Positions 25,708 to 39,649 of a stretch of DNA of 64,000 nucleotides are shown here, piece by piece. How positions within the stretch are numbered: the stretch's first letter is position 1; each line of letters starts with the position of its first letter. Under the pieces are notes generated by a model that saw only the letters and a list, made by a program, of their open reading frames with translations, was not told the origin of the DNA and ran no database searches. The position numbers and the translations under genes are program-made. Origin of the DNA: Geosiphon pyriformis uo1 (lineage: Eukaryota; Fungi; Glomeromycota); the NCBI GenBank assembly GCA_016748015.1, contig JAAOMT010000523.1, positions 62,001 to 126,000 of the forward strand, given 5' to 3'.

Positions 25708-26558
25708 TGTTACAGAGGATTATTTCTGTTGTTGTATTGAATAACAAATCTGTAACTTGGTGCTCAAAAGCTACTTTTATGGATGATGTGCAGAAAGTAT
25801 GATATCTGAAGGTTTTGGTTGATCTGAAAGTTTTGTTGTGGAGTTTTTTGTATAATGAACAGAAATTCAGTAGTGATGATAGTAGTTTTCCTGAAGTCGC
25901 AATTATGCCCAATTTTTTTCTCAGCTTGGCAGCCGGATATATAATTCTATCCTTATTTCTGGGTCTTTTACCAAGCTATCCTTGACGTCAATAACTCAGT
26001 GCTTAATCTTTTTACTCAATTAGTATACAACAACAAAATCAAAGAAAGAAAATAAAATAAAAAGAAAAAAAATAAAATTAAAGAAAATAAAGAAATAAGC
26101 CAAAACAATTTGGTATGTTAGTATCTTGTCAATAGTCATGATCAAGAGCTATTGTTCCAGCATGGTTAAGTATCAATTAATATCAACATAAAGTGTTGAT
26201 AGTGAGGAGTGGATTGAGATATGGAATAATTATTTATTTGATGATTTTGTTTTTTGGCTAAAGATTCTGTGGTATCAATTCTGTCTTTTCTGTTTCTAAC
26301 ACTACTGCTATATATACATAATTGGAATTCCTCAATTCCTCAATTCTTCACAACAGGAATCCTGGAATTCTGGAATCCTGTGATTTTTTTGAGAGGAATT
26401 CTGGAATTCTGCAATTCTGCAATTCCTCATTGGGGAATCCTGAAATTCCTGGAATCTTGCAATTCCTAAGAGGAATCTTGGAATTCCACATTTACTATGC
26501 TTACTTTTGATTGGCTAATAATTATGCTAATATATTTCCTATATTTCTATGAGTAACA
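25708..26558 (-). mobile_element. Solo LTR, family 1
   Basis: TG..CA; flanks GTGG/GCAG (inferred GCGG); removal restores the LINE frame FRKVVLDHL. Confidence 0.93.
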
Positions 26559-27787
26559 GCAGAAAAGATGCTCCAGAACACTTCTAATAGTATGGCCCTT
26601 ATTCGTCTCAAAGCTTTCCATTCTCCTATCTATAGCAGATCTAATGTTTGCCTCCTTAGTCCTCAGAAAATCAGCAAGCTTGGCAGCACAATAAGACTTT
26701 CTAGCACCAAAGAGAGCAAAATGGATGTGATCAAAGCCAGTACCAGAGTTTATAATATCCTGAATAACAGAAGCCTTAACATTGTCCAAAGAAATCCAGC
26801 ATCTTATAAAAGAATCAAAATTTACAATATTCTTCTTATGTAAGGCCCTGACAATTTTAAAAACCAAGAGCTTTAACTTGTAAAATCTCAAAGATTTCTT
26901 GGTAAAAATATTATCAAAGCCCTTAAACCATTTCTTCTTAAACACTTCATTGGCTAAAAAAACTATTATTTTGTGAATGCCTTTCCACATTGCATCCAAA
27001 TCCAAAAATTTCATAGAGATGACAAACTCAGCTAAAAACATTGTAGCATTAGCTGATGTAGCATCTTTGAAATTGTCTCATTTATTCTTATCAGCATCTT
27101 TGAAATCAAACTTCCACCAATTTTTATTCATTTGCTTGTAAAAAAAATTCAACCATATATCCAAAAATCCACCCAAATCCACAAACACAAAAACAACATA
27201 ATAGTTAGTATTAAAAAATTTACCAACATCAGACACCTCGCAATCCAGCATAGCATTAACCAAGTTTGAAGAAACGAACAAGAAATCAATAGTTTTAGCC
27301 ATGCCCTGAGAGTTGGTTTATGTGAGCATTTTAACATAAGAACTTTTACCCAAGAAATTGACCAAACTGAAATTTATACACTTGTTAAAACTAGCACACC
27401 TTCGAGAGTCATCTTCATTAAAGTTATTACCCAAAACCACAAACAAAGATTTATTGACCACCTTTGCTATCATAGAATTAATATCTTTAGCCTGAAAGAA
27501 ACGAACAGCCAGGAATGTTTCAGCATAAAGCCCCAAAATTGACAGAAAGCTTATTTTTGAATAACAGCTTAACTAAAAGAAGCTAACCAGACACCTTAGA
27601 AACCTTACAAACATAATGAGCTAGAGAAGTGTTCACAATAATTGCAACTTTAGCACCAAGAAAACTCTTGTTCAATCCAGACAAAAAGACTTTACCACCA
27701 TTAAACTTATTCCTAATTCAAGGCCTGCTACTAAACTTCAGCTTTGTTTTTGTAATTATCAAAACCAAATTCCCAGAATCTTTATGC

Positions 27788-28804
27788 TATTACCAGTAGA
27801 ATTTTAGCTATTAATTAGCATGAAATTACCTTTATAATTTCTATAATTAATTAATATATTAATATCATTTCAAATTATCATTTATTATTTAATCAATTAT
27901 CACATATCGCGATTCAATTAAAATAATCTAATTAGTATAACAGAAAGTAGGATGATCAAATTACACAATATTCTGAACTTTGTAACATTCTAAAATTCGC
28001 CGAAATTTACAGAAATTCGCCGAAATTTATAAGAAATTCGCCGAAATTTACAGAAATTTGCCGAAATTATGAATAGTTCACCCAAATTAATCAATAGTTC
28101 AGTGAAATAACTTGTAGTTCATCAAAATGTATCTTTAGTTTGCCGAAATTTGAGCAAAAAGAAAAAGTGCAAGTTCATAGACTAGTACTACAACAAGTTG
28201 TATAAAAGAAAAGCTTTTCTCTTCAAGAAAATATATTTTACTTTAATTTTATCACTTAAAACCATTCCTACACACACAAAAAAAAATAAATATCAAATAA
28301 TTTGAAAAACCAAATTCTTTAATTATTTGCACTTGGAAAATCCCCAAGAACCCAACTAACATTTTGAAATTGATTAGCTACCAATTTCAGTAAACTGTTA
28401 GTGACTCCAGGCCTAGATAGAAAACGTTTCCCTTGACAGAATTCTATTTCTTTTACATTTCTTTTATTTTTCTTTTCTTTTCTTATTACAATCATTAGGG
28501 TAGCTTACAGACAAGATTCCTATAGAAGAGTTGACTTTTACAGCAAAATAACTACACATTTTTTTTAGTAAGCTTCCAGATAAGCAATTCCTAAAAAAGA
28601 GTTGACATTTACTACAATGTAACTACATAAAGTAACTGGCAAGGAATTGGCCATTCCACTTATAAGCCTAGCAGTTCAAATTATAGGAGATAATTTGAAG
28701 ATAAATTCAGTTATTGGAGGTTCAACTACTTCTAGAAAATGTGAATTTGCAACCAACAGACATTTACAACATTCAAGAAAAGAGACCAAAAACCTCCAGT
28801 AACA
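27788..28804 (+). mobile_element. Solo LTR of a third family (about 1017 bp)
   Basis: TATTACCAG...CCAGTAACA termini; flanks ATGC/ATAC; removal restores the LINE APE IIYWHKDSGN; TATAAAAG at 28201 suggests + orientation. Confidence 0.82.
27993..28068 (+). repeat. Four tandem copies of about 20 bp, AAATTCGCCGAAATTTAC(AG), inside the solo LTR
   Basis: Visible directly. Confidence 0.9.
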
Positions 28805-31149
28805 ATACCAATAGATAATGTTCTTTTACTTGGCAGGAACATTGATATCTTGAATGTTACATGTTGTAAATTTCAATACAAAGTCATTTATTAGGAAGTA
28901 GGAGAAGATAATGAACCCAAGCCAGAGCACAAACAATTCAATATTTTCAAAACAGATTCAACTGACACCTTCAAAGCCACCATCTTGGATTTTAAACTAC
29001 CCACCTTGGTGGTCAAAACTTTAGAACTACTTGAACTAAGGTCAACTGAGTCAGTGATAACAACTAAAAGAAAAGAAAAAGAAAATATCAGAATATCATC
29101 CAGGGCCATTTTTGAGTCCAAATTAGATATAATAGGTGCAAGGACAACCAGAGGAAAAACATAAGGCTTGGATGCCAGAGGCACCAATTCCACAAAGTTC
29201 AATTTTTTTATAATAACCAAAACCTGATCTGTTAAGAGTTCTAAAGAGCATTCTAAAAAAGCCAATCAATTAACCAAACAGAAACCACCAAGAGAATTAA
29301 AAACCAATAAGACAGGTTTTGCACCTAAAGATGAATTAGCACCAAAAAGATCTGACAAAGCCACATGAGAGAAAGAACCACCAGCAATTTGGGCCCAAGT
29401 TTTTCCACCAAAAAAAACTAGGCGAATAATCGGCATCTGCTTCTTTTTATATATGTTGGCCAAATGGACCTGATCTTAAGAAGTTACCACCCGCTTACCA
29501 CAAACACCAAAATTTCTATCCAATAAACACCCTAAAGAGATATGACCAAACTGTTTGCAATGAGCACAATAGACCAAAGAAAGGCTAGCCCAGTGCAAAT
29601 TCACACCTTTAAACACCAGAGTAGAACCAACAGCAGCCAATTTAGATGTTTTGTCAACAAAACACACAATCATACATCTATCATGCACATATGAACTGGA
29701 ATTATGGCCAATGAAACAGGTCTTCTTACCATATGATTTCAACAAATCAGAAAGATTATGAGCTGTAGTACCAGCTGAAAGAGTATAAAGCAATGTTCAA
29801 TACAGATCTCTGAAAACTCATAATTGTTTATTATCAACAGCTTTTACCACACAAACAGAATCTTTTTCCATGAAGACAGATCATTTGGCTGTGACCAAAT
29901 TAGCTACTTCAGATAACTCAAACTCCACAAAAGCTTTTTGCCATAAACTAATCAAATGTATCTTGATTGACACAATCTTTCCAAACTTAGAAAAAACAGA
30001 TTCCACAGCCGATTTGGGAAGATCAACTGAAATCTCTTTGATAACAATTACTTGATTCGAGAGTTTATTTACCTGTCTAACATCATTATTTACCACAATT
30101 TTCTCATGAATTGCCAATTTTCTAGTCTTTTTTAGACTTAATTCAGAAGTGAAGAAAGATTTGATAATTCCCAGAAATTTTAAAAAAGTAAAAGCTTTCC
30201 CAAAACCATTAATTCGATAAAAAATTTTTTTAACTGAGATTAACTTATCACTATTAGTTTTTCCAGACACAGCAGACAAATTCACATCCAAAGCGAATGA
30301 TTTTACTGGCTTGAAGCACTGTTTTTCCAGGATATGTAATTCGGCAGACATCATCTGATTGGATTCAACAAATTTAAGCACCAAGAGCACCAACTCAGTA
30401 TTATTGTCACTTATATGTTTGAATAAAGGTTTTTTTGGAGAGTTGCCCAGCACATACATTCACATATGAGTCTTTTTTGGCATTACTTTATTCATATTAT
30501 CATCCTCACCAGATTCAGCATAACTGATTTCTTTGGCAATCATGTTCTCCATATTTTCAACATTTGAGAGACTGCTTACACTGCTAGAAACACTGCCAAC
30601 TTCACTGCCCCAGAACACCATAGGCTTAACATCAGCACCACTAATATCTTCTAAGCTTAGAAGACCAGCAGATGAATCAACCATTTCACTGGCTATAGAC
30701 ATCTTTAGTTTCTTAAATGATAGACTGTGTGAATACACACTATCCACACAAGCTTTTTTCTTACCACTAAACCAGGCCTCCAATTCAGCCAAACCAGCAC
30801 CAAAACCATCAGCAGAAGCACTTACTGGATTTATAGCAACAAAAGGAAAAAAGTCAAAAGAAATAATTAGAAAAGAAACAAGAGAAAAAGAAAAAAAAAC
30901 TAATTAAAACTTTGATAAAATTTTTGCTTTTATTGTAGTCAGGGAATTGATAAGAGAAAGACTGTTTAATTAAATTAAGACTAAAATTTAAAAAAGATTT
31001 AATTTTTATAGTAAATTTAATTTAATTTAATTTATAATAAATTTTGTTTTAATTTTAACAAAACAATATTATATTATTTATAACAAAATTATAATTAATA
31101 ATACAAGTTTTTTTACTTATTTTATTAAAAAATTTCAAAATTATAAACC

Positions 31150-34100
31150 ACAAAAAAAAGTAAAAAAAAACTTTTTGTCTCCTTAATTTTATGACCACAA
31201 CCAGAGCAAAGAGTAAAAAAGCTGCACCTGATATCTGTCCTGAGATATCTAATAAAATTTCAACCAGAAGAGCTCTCTCTGTTGTAGAAGCAACTAGACA
31301 AAATGTTTTAGAAGCCTTTCTCCTACCCAGTAATCATGATAAGCTGCCTTTGGTAGCCACTAAAGCAACTTCTTCATCTTTGGCTGGTTTCTCATCAGTC
31401 AAAGTTCCCTCAAAGAGACACACTTGGATTAGTCCCAGTGTTGCCTCCACCCCAACTAAGAGCCCAAAGTTTTTAATAATAGACTAGTGAATAAGCTGGT
31501 CTTCTCCTCTATAGATTCAACACCTGGTGCTTTTAGCACCACTTTTTTAAAAAAAATGATCAAAAAGACCAAAAGTTCAGAAAAATGGGAGCAGTCACTT
31601 GTCTCTGCTATTGTTACACCGAACTCCTTTGTGGTTTCCAATGAGATCTTAGATGAGATCTCTATAGTATTATCCAGCATGTTGTCCAAGATAAGCTTAG
31701 ATTAACCACTGGCTGTATTGCCAAATGTGGTGTTTTCCAGCAGATCATCGCTGGTTTTGGAAGCAAAACAATCTCTTCCTATTGGGTTACCTGTTCTTAA
31801 GAACTGGGCTGATCAAATGGAAACTGAATCATCTCCTTCTCTAGTTTTTGGTGCTACTTCTGGTGGTGCTTGGGAAACTATTACTAGTTATCAAAGGTTT
31901 GCTGAATGGGTGGCCTTCATTCTGATACTTGGTGCTACTTTTAAAATCAAATTGGCTCATGTTAAGGCTGTTTTTCAGTCTGTACATGGTCTTTTGGGTG
32001 CTAAGTCTGTTTTAAAAGACAATGTGAAGCTTTTTTGTGTGGAATTTGCTTCTCAAACCTCTTTAAATACTGCATTTTTAGTTGAGCTTACAAGCTCTGT
32101 TTGTCTTGCCACTCTTAAAATTACCAAGTCTTTGGTGGTTTCTAAGTCTAAATCTCCTTCTGCTACTGTTGTGCTGTGTGATGTGCCTTTAGGTGTATCT
32201 GCTGCTGACATTAAGACAGCTCTTAGTGTTTTTGGTATGGTTACTCATGTTGTGCTGAAGCCTGCTGGCATTTGGCAATATGTAGTGGTTCATTTTGAGA
32301 AGTTAGATTCTGCTATGTCTGCTTTGGATCATTGATCAGTATTGGTAGGCAGAGATAGTGTTAGAATCTTTTTCTTGGTAAATCAAAATGAGACTATTTT
32401 GTCTTATGATAGATTTAAGACCAAGTTGGTTAACTTTTCTTCTGGCTGTACTGCCTTTGAAATCAGTAATATGATTTTTCAGATTGGTGACCAGTCTTGT
32501 TTTATTTTTTGGTCTCTTGATTCTGGTCATTGTCTCTGTTTTGCTCTAGTTATGTTTGGCTCCCAAGCTTATTTGAATCTTGCTGTTGCCAAAACTGGTA
32601 CACTTAAAAAGTGCCATATCTGGTAGGAGATTCCTAATTGTTAGTGTTGTTTTTGGTGTTAAGAAACAGGTTACTTGGCTGTAAACTGTAAAGTTGCTTC
32701 ATTTCCTTTTCTTAAGACTCTCAAGGTGTTCAAACCACATTTTGTTGGTTTTTTGTCTTATGCTAAGGCATCTGCTCCCTCTGTTATGTCTGAATTTCCT
32801 CTTTTGGTGGCTTCTGCCCCTTCTGTGACTGTTGTTGATCTTTGCTGTTGGGTCCAGATTGAACTCTTTGGAAAAGCAAATTTCGGATTTGGCTGCTTTG
32901 GTAAAGTCTATTGTTGAGACTGTTGGCTTTTTGATTGTCTTAGTATCTCATCTCCTTGATAATAATGCTGTTAAGACTGTTCAGTTAGAGAAAAATCTCC
33001 TTTCTATGAAATATGCTTCTAACAATTTTGCCAATCTTTTGGTTGGTATGTCTAAAAATATTGCTTGTCTTAGGTCTGAAGTTGACTTTGGTAACATAGA
33101 TTATGATGATATGCAGGCCGCCAAACCTTCTCTTTTGAGTGAAAATACTGTTAAGCATATTATTGCTTTGTGATGGATGTTGGATGCTAAGATTAGGAGT
33201 AGTATTAAATCTACTAGATTATTTCTTAGTGAGTTTATTTTTGTCTCTAGGAATTTAAATGGTATGATTGAAAAAATTTATGAGTTGGGATTATTTTCAC
33301 CTTCTATTGTTTTAGCTTAGTTAGTGCCTTGACTGACTTGGGTGGTTTGTCACATGTAGAAAATGCATAATTCACATTGTTATGGTTTAAGAATTTAGCA
33401 AAAAAAATCATAAAAATAATACAAACTATTTAATTATAATATAGCACAGTAATAATCTTAGAAAGGTAATAATTAACATAGTAGCAAACACCATCTTGCA
33501 ATAGTGGCAAGCACCAGTTCACAATAGCAGCCAACACCAACTGGTAATAGCAGCAAACACCAGGTTAAAATATCAAAAAGAAAGTATTACAATGTGTTTT
33601 CTCATAGAACTACAAATATGTATATATACAGTAGCTTTAATATTGAGAAAAGACAATCAAGTAATAAAAATCATAACTTATCAAGCAATAGATCCAATTT
33701 TATCCAACAAACTCCACTTTAAATCGTACTTTCAAATTAAAAATTTCAAGAAACCTTTAAATCAAAAAAAGAAATGAAAAAAAATATTTAAAACTGAATT
33801 ATCACAATCCAAAGTATTAAAAAACTTACTTGTATTATTTATTGAATAAAACTATCATTCATCAGCTAAATCCCTTGAAAGAATAATCTTTGATCAAGAT
33901 TATTCACATTGTTACTAATTGATAAAAGCTTTATTGTAAGAATTAGGAAAAGTGCTAAAGGCCATTAACATTCTGTGTTTCTAAATTAGAGAAACACATC
34001 AGGCAATTGCAAGAATAGCCTCAGAGAAGACCCCAGACAGCGGGTAGATTTCAGTTCAGCCTCTGAGAAGAAGTACATAAACATACACAACAATCAGGAA

Positions 34101-34333
34101 TTGAAGAATAATTTACATCGCGACATTAAAAAGAAAGTCTTTAGTATAACAGTGACATTATTACACAAATAGAATTGAGAAACTCACGAAAGACTGATTG
34201 CAATTAAAACAGGATATTGGCAATTAAATATAACAAGAAGACCATCCCATAACAATGTCTAATTTGTAATCTCTTAGTGGCACATAGTATTAGATAATGT
34301 TTGGACATACCTTGTTAAAATATTAAAAAAAAA
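31150..34333 (+). mobile_element. ORF1-only non-autonomous LINE-like element (HAL1-like): ORF 31191-33320 followed directly by the LINE 3' UTR and A tail
   Basis: RRM-like and degenerate CCHC segments align with LINE-3 ORF1; no ORF2; 3' UTR homologous to the LINE tails and split by a solo LTR. Confidence 0.8.
33378..34254 (+). mobile_element. Solo LTR, family 2 (same family as element C)
   Basis: Highly similar to 11985-12858; flanks ACAT/ATGT (inferred ACGT). Confidence 0.95.
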
Positions 34334-34404
34334 ATTATAAACAGTAATATTTACAAATAATATAAATAATAACTTAAATATATTTTTTGTTTTTATATTT
34401 TATA

Positions 34405-35899
34405 ATTGCAGTTCTGAAATCTGGTTGGGGTGGCGGAGATCAAAGTTCTTATAGCATTGGCAATTGGGACTTAAATCCTTCAAAATACGTGCCGTATGGT
34501 CCTAAAAGATCTTTTTTCCTTTGTTTACTCTGAAATGGAAATTGTCCAAAGGTTGATGTCATGTGTGATGTGGACGCACCTGTTGATGTGATGTTGATGA
34601 CACTTCCAGATGTATAGTAGTATAATAGATTTGTTGGTGATTCAACTCTGGTTTTCTTCCAAGTGGGTGGTTGTATTTGTTTTGGTATCACTGCTGGTGT
34701 TTGTAATTTTCCTTTGCCTTTACTAACATAAGTAATTGGGTATCTTTGTTGTGTGTGATGTTTAATTTCTTTATTAATCTTAGTAATAATGGATGTAAAA
34801 TTATAATTTGTTGGTAGGCTGGTGTTTTGAATTAATTCATGGTAAAAAGTTTTTCTTACTGATTCAGTGTTTACTAGTGTTCCTAACAAATATGCAATTC
34901 TCTTGTTGACATAGAAATTGAAGGCTGATTTCACTGATATATGATTTTGGTTTAATTCTAAGTGTTGACAGTAGTGTTGAAATAAGAATTTTGCGAATCC
35001 TAAATGGTTTGCTCCTATACTTTCTGATTCTGCCACTTTTGGGATAAGTGTAGTTAATGCTGGTTCTCTGTAAAATTATACTTTACAGGGAGCACCAAAT
35101 GTTACAGATGATTATTTGGGATCTCAAGTCAAATAACAAATCTGTAACTTGGTACTGGGTTGGTATTCTGGTGTCGATATCTGAAGGTTTTATTGTGGAG
35201 TTCTTTGTATAATGAACAGAGATTCAAGTATTGTCTTTTCCATAGCCTTCCAGAATCATAATTCCATCGAATTTTTTTCTCAGCATGGTGGCTGGTAATC
35301 TTGACAGAGATGCCCTTCTGGTAAGCTATCCTTAAATTCTCAATTTCTATACCCTTCCTTTGAGGTTTTTTACCAGGCTATTCTTGATGTCAATAACTCA
35401 GTGCTTAATCTTTAATCAGTTTAGTAAAACCAATGAAATGACAAAACAAAAGAAATAAAAGAAAAAATAAACAAATAAACAAAAGCAATTACAAGTTAGT
35501 ATCCCATCAATAGCTGTGATCAAGAGCTATTGTTCTTGTGTGGTTAAGTATCACTTACTATTAACATAAAGTGTTGATAGTGGAGGGTGGATTGAAATGG
35601 TGAATAATTATTTATTGATATTTGTGAATGGAAAGTTGGTTAGATTAAATCTAAACTGAGAGGTCTGTTTTTTCTACTTCTAATGCTACCACTATATATA
35701 CATAATTTGGGTTCTATGAAATCACTTACATTCCTAAGCAATGTGCTGTATTTTTTTAACATTGCTCTACATTGCTGAGCAATGTGCCGTGATTTCTAAC
35801 ATTGCTCCACATTGTTGAGCAATGTGCTCATATGCTAACTACTACTTTCCTATTGGTCTACTATTTTTCTATATCTGTTTTCTTTTTCTATGAGTAATA
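34405..35899 (-). mobile_element. Truncated Gypsy element E (family 1): 5' LTR 35100-35899, PBS, gag N-terminus 35036 to about 34405
   Basis: PBS TGGTGCTCCCTG; AESESIGANHLGFAK; LINE sequence resumes at 35900. Confidence 0.9.
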
Positions 35900-38477
35900 G
35901 TGGGTTGGAAATACCTTTAGAAAAGCTTAATTAAGATTAAAATGTGCAACAAATTTATTTGTTTTTTTAGTAATATTTACTGTAATTAAGTCAACAAAAT
36001 TATAACTGACTTTAATTTAATAAATAGTTATTATGTACACAATAGTTTGAATCAAGAAGAAGTCTTTTTATCTCTTCTTTGGCACATATTTTATGATTCT
36101 CTTCTTTGTGAAGTTAAGAGACAAAAAAGTGTATGTGAATATAAGTTGAGTTCTTATTTCATTTCAAAAAATAATTACATAAAATTTAGAGCTGGTTTGT
36201 CTTTTTTTTTTACTGTTGAGATGTTTGTCAATAATACAGTTTGGATTAGTAGTAGTCAAAGTACCACTCAACATATTTTTAATATTGTCAGTGAATTTTT
36301 TTGGATCAATAATATTTCTATCAATACTAACAAGACTGTGACCATCCTTATTAATTGCAGAGTTGTCAATCCTACTTTGTTTATTAGTGACTTGCCTATT
36401 TCTATTGCCAAAAAAGGGGAATTTCATTGATACCTGGGTGTTTTTTTGTCAACTAAGAGGCTTTTAAAGCCTAATTTGGCCAAGACACATTTTGATGTTC
36501 ATTTTTTTACCAACTTTGTGCTAAGAAAGACCATCTCAGATAAGCAGTTTTTATATTTGGTGTTAGCCGTTTTCTATCCTGTTGTCAACTACAGAATGCA
36601 ATTTAACTTCATTTCTATTGGTGTGTATAATAAGTGAGATGTTCTGATCCATAAAGGCCTGAAATCAAAATCTGGTTTGTCTCTTGATTTTCCAAGTAAT
36701 ACAATCTATTATTCTTCCTTTTATGGTTTGAAAACTTTTAAATAAGTTCAATCTGAGAGTAAATTGGCATTGCTTATAAGCTTTGTAAACTCTAATGGTA
36801 TTTTGGATTATTTGTTTTCTCACAGATCTTATGACTTGCAAGTTTTGTATTGGCACTCTATTCACTTCTTGAATTTTCCAGTTTGTACTTAAGTTAATTC
36901 TTCTAATAACTTTTTAACAGGAATGGTCTGTATTTTTCTTGATTACAATTTGTTTCTGGGTGGTCCTATGTACAATGCTTTTTATTTTCAGAGTGGAGTG
37001 CCCATGTTAACTGTTTTTGGTAAGTTTAAATTTCTTAAGCTTTTTTCTTTACTCTGACATTATGGTATTCCTTTCATGAATTAGCTTTATGATAATTATG
37101 ATGATATTTTTGATTGAAAAACCTTCAGACAGTGGAAAAGATTGGATCTTTGTGGCTCTATTCCTGACTGGTTTAGTCTTTTTGTTGCCTTCCTTAATAA
37201 CATGTTTTCTTCTTCCCTTATCCTTCTTTTTTTGAAAATGATATTGGTCTTTTGAATGTTTTTGAGTCTTATAAGTGTAAATTAATTAGTAATTAACTGT
37301 CTTGTATTAATGCTGGTAGTTTGTTTGTTTACATGGATGAGTCTCTGAAAGAGTTAAGCACTATTGCCAGAAAGGTTGGCATTACAGTCTTTTTTGATAA
37401 CATTGATTTGGGTTTGGGTGTTGAAGTTTCTGGTTTGATGTTGTTACTCATAGAATATAAGAATTAAATATTAGTACATAAATTAACCAATCACAATAGA
37501 CATAATAAAAATGAAATTCTAGAATTTCTTTTAGAAGAATTACAGGATTCCCATATAAAGAATTACAGAATTTCTAGAATTCCAAGATTTCTGGCTAGAG
37601 AATTGAAAAATTTAAGGAATCTCATATAACATAAATTATATATATATAGTGAGAGTATTAAAAGCAAAAAAAGCAATTCCAGGAGAATTCAATAGAGTTT
37701 TATTAATTTAGAACAATCCTCTTTCTTCTTTATTTATTAACCCTCATTTCAAAGATAGTTGCTATCAACCAAAATGGAATTATATAAATAAAATATTTCT
37801 TCAATTCTTTAAATCCATGTTATTGTCATTTGTTTGAGAATCTAATTACTTTTCTATTTATTAACACTTCATGTTGATAAAATCCAACACTTAATCATAT
37901 TAGAACAATAACTCTTAATCATAGCTATTGACAGGATACTAATTTTTTATTTTTTTTCATTTTCATTTATTTTCATTTATTTTTTTTTGTTTGTTAATTT
38001 ACTACTGATTAAAAAAATTAAGCACTGAGTAATTGACGTCAAGAATAGCCTGGTAAAAGACTCCAAAGGAAAAGTATAAAGTTTGATAATTTAAGGATAG
38101 CTTACCAGAAGGACATCTCTGTCAGATTACTGGCCATTACACTGAGAAAAAAATTTAATAAAATTGTGATTCTGAAAGACTGCTGAAACACTATTGAATC
38201 TCTGTCTATTATACAAAAAACTCAACCACCAAAACCTTTAGATCAACAAAATCTTCAGAAACCAACACCATTTTATTAATTAAGTACCAAGTTATGGATT
38301 TGTTATTTGCTTTGAGATCCCAAATAATCACTTGTAATATTTGGTGCTCTCTGTGAGATATAATTTAACAGAAAACCAGTACTAACAACAACTATACAGA
38401 AAAGTGGCAGACCAAAAAAAAACAAGAGAAAATCATTTAAAATTTGCAAAATCCTTATTTTACTATTATTTTTGAAA

Positions 38478-39345
38478 AACTCATTAAATTGAAACTCAGA
38501 TTATTTAAAACCTGAGCATTAAAATCCTGAATATTCAAAACTTACTTTTGATAAAAAATCATTAAATTCAAACTCTAATTATTCAAGACTTAATTGTTAA
38601 AACCCTGAACATTCAAAAATTACCATTGATAAATTCATTAAAACTTGTTAAATTAAAAACTTCAATTATTCAACCTGATTATTAAAACCCCAAACATTCA
38701 AAACTTACCTTTGAAAAAAAAAAATTTGTTAAATTCAAACTCTGATTATTCAAGACCTGATTTTTAAAACCCCAAACATTCAAAAATTACCATTGATAAA
38801 TTCATTAAAATCCCAAACATTCAAAAATTACTGTTGATAAACTTGTTAAATTTTGTTAAATTAAAAACTCTAATTATCCAAACATTTGAAACTTATCATT
38901 AATAAATTCGTTAAAAATTCATTAAATTAAAACTCCAATTATTCAAGACCTAATTGTTAAAACTCCAAACATTCAAAACATACTGTTTATAAATTTGTTA
39001 AAAACTCATTAAATTAAAACTTCAATTATTCAAGACCTGATTATTAAAACCCTGAACATTTGAAAATTACTGTTGATAAACTTATTAAAACTTGTTAAAT
39101 TAAAACTCCAATTATTCAAAGCCTGATCATTAAAATCCTGAATATTTGAAACTTATCTTTGATAAATTTGTTAAAAAACTTGTTAAATTAAAACTCCAAT
39201 TATTCAAAACCTGATTGTTAAAACCCTGAACATTTGAAACTTATCTTTAATAAATTTGTTAAAACTTGTTAAAATTTTGATTATTTAAAACCTGATCATT
39301 CAAAAATCCAAACATTTGAAACCCAATAATTCTAACTCTGCTATC
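38478..39345 (+). repeat. Tandem array, unit about 86 bp, about 10 copies
   Basis: Unit starts near 38916, 39003, 39089, 39177 and 39263; core TTAAATTAAAACTCCAATTATTCAAGACCTGATT..TTAAAACCCYRAACATT. Confidence 0.9.
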
Positions 39346-39649
39346 ATACAAAAAAACTTATCATCAATAAAACTCGTTAAACCTCTAGCAATTTAAACTC
39401 CAGGAATTATTCAAAAACCCAAACATTCGAAGTTCGATAAATTCCAAACACCATTATCATACAAAAAAACTTACCTCTAATAGCCCAATAAAACCTAATT
39501 TCTACAGTACCAATAAATCAACAAAACTTACTTGATAGTCCTAAGTCAGAATATTGAAATATAGTCATAATCCACTTCCATGCATCATATATTTAAAGAA
39601 GAGCCAATTAGCAAGAACAAATAGGAATCAGAATTGAAATTTAATCCCA

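Larger units (their letters stand above)
22192..30965 (-). mobile_element. LINE-3 copy, apparently full length: ORF1 (about 30834-28891, RRM-like plus CCHC), ORF2 (about 28890-22331, APE-RT-RNase H-Cys), tail; interrupted by two solo LTRs
   Basis: TCNIQDIN and IDFLFVSS (APE); LQDMWKAYDSV and FMDDT (RT); SVYTDG, FLDSQ, KIKGHS (RNase H); CAHCKQFGH in ORF1; poly(T) at about 22192-22216. Confidence 0.92.

Noticed and set aside
38478-39345. CRISPR-like array
   Set aside because: Units are homologous along their whole length with no unique spacers; eukaryotic LTR interior; no cas genes
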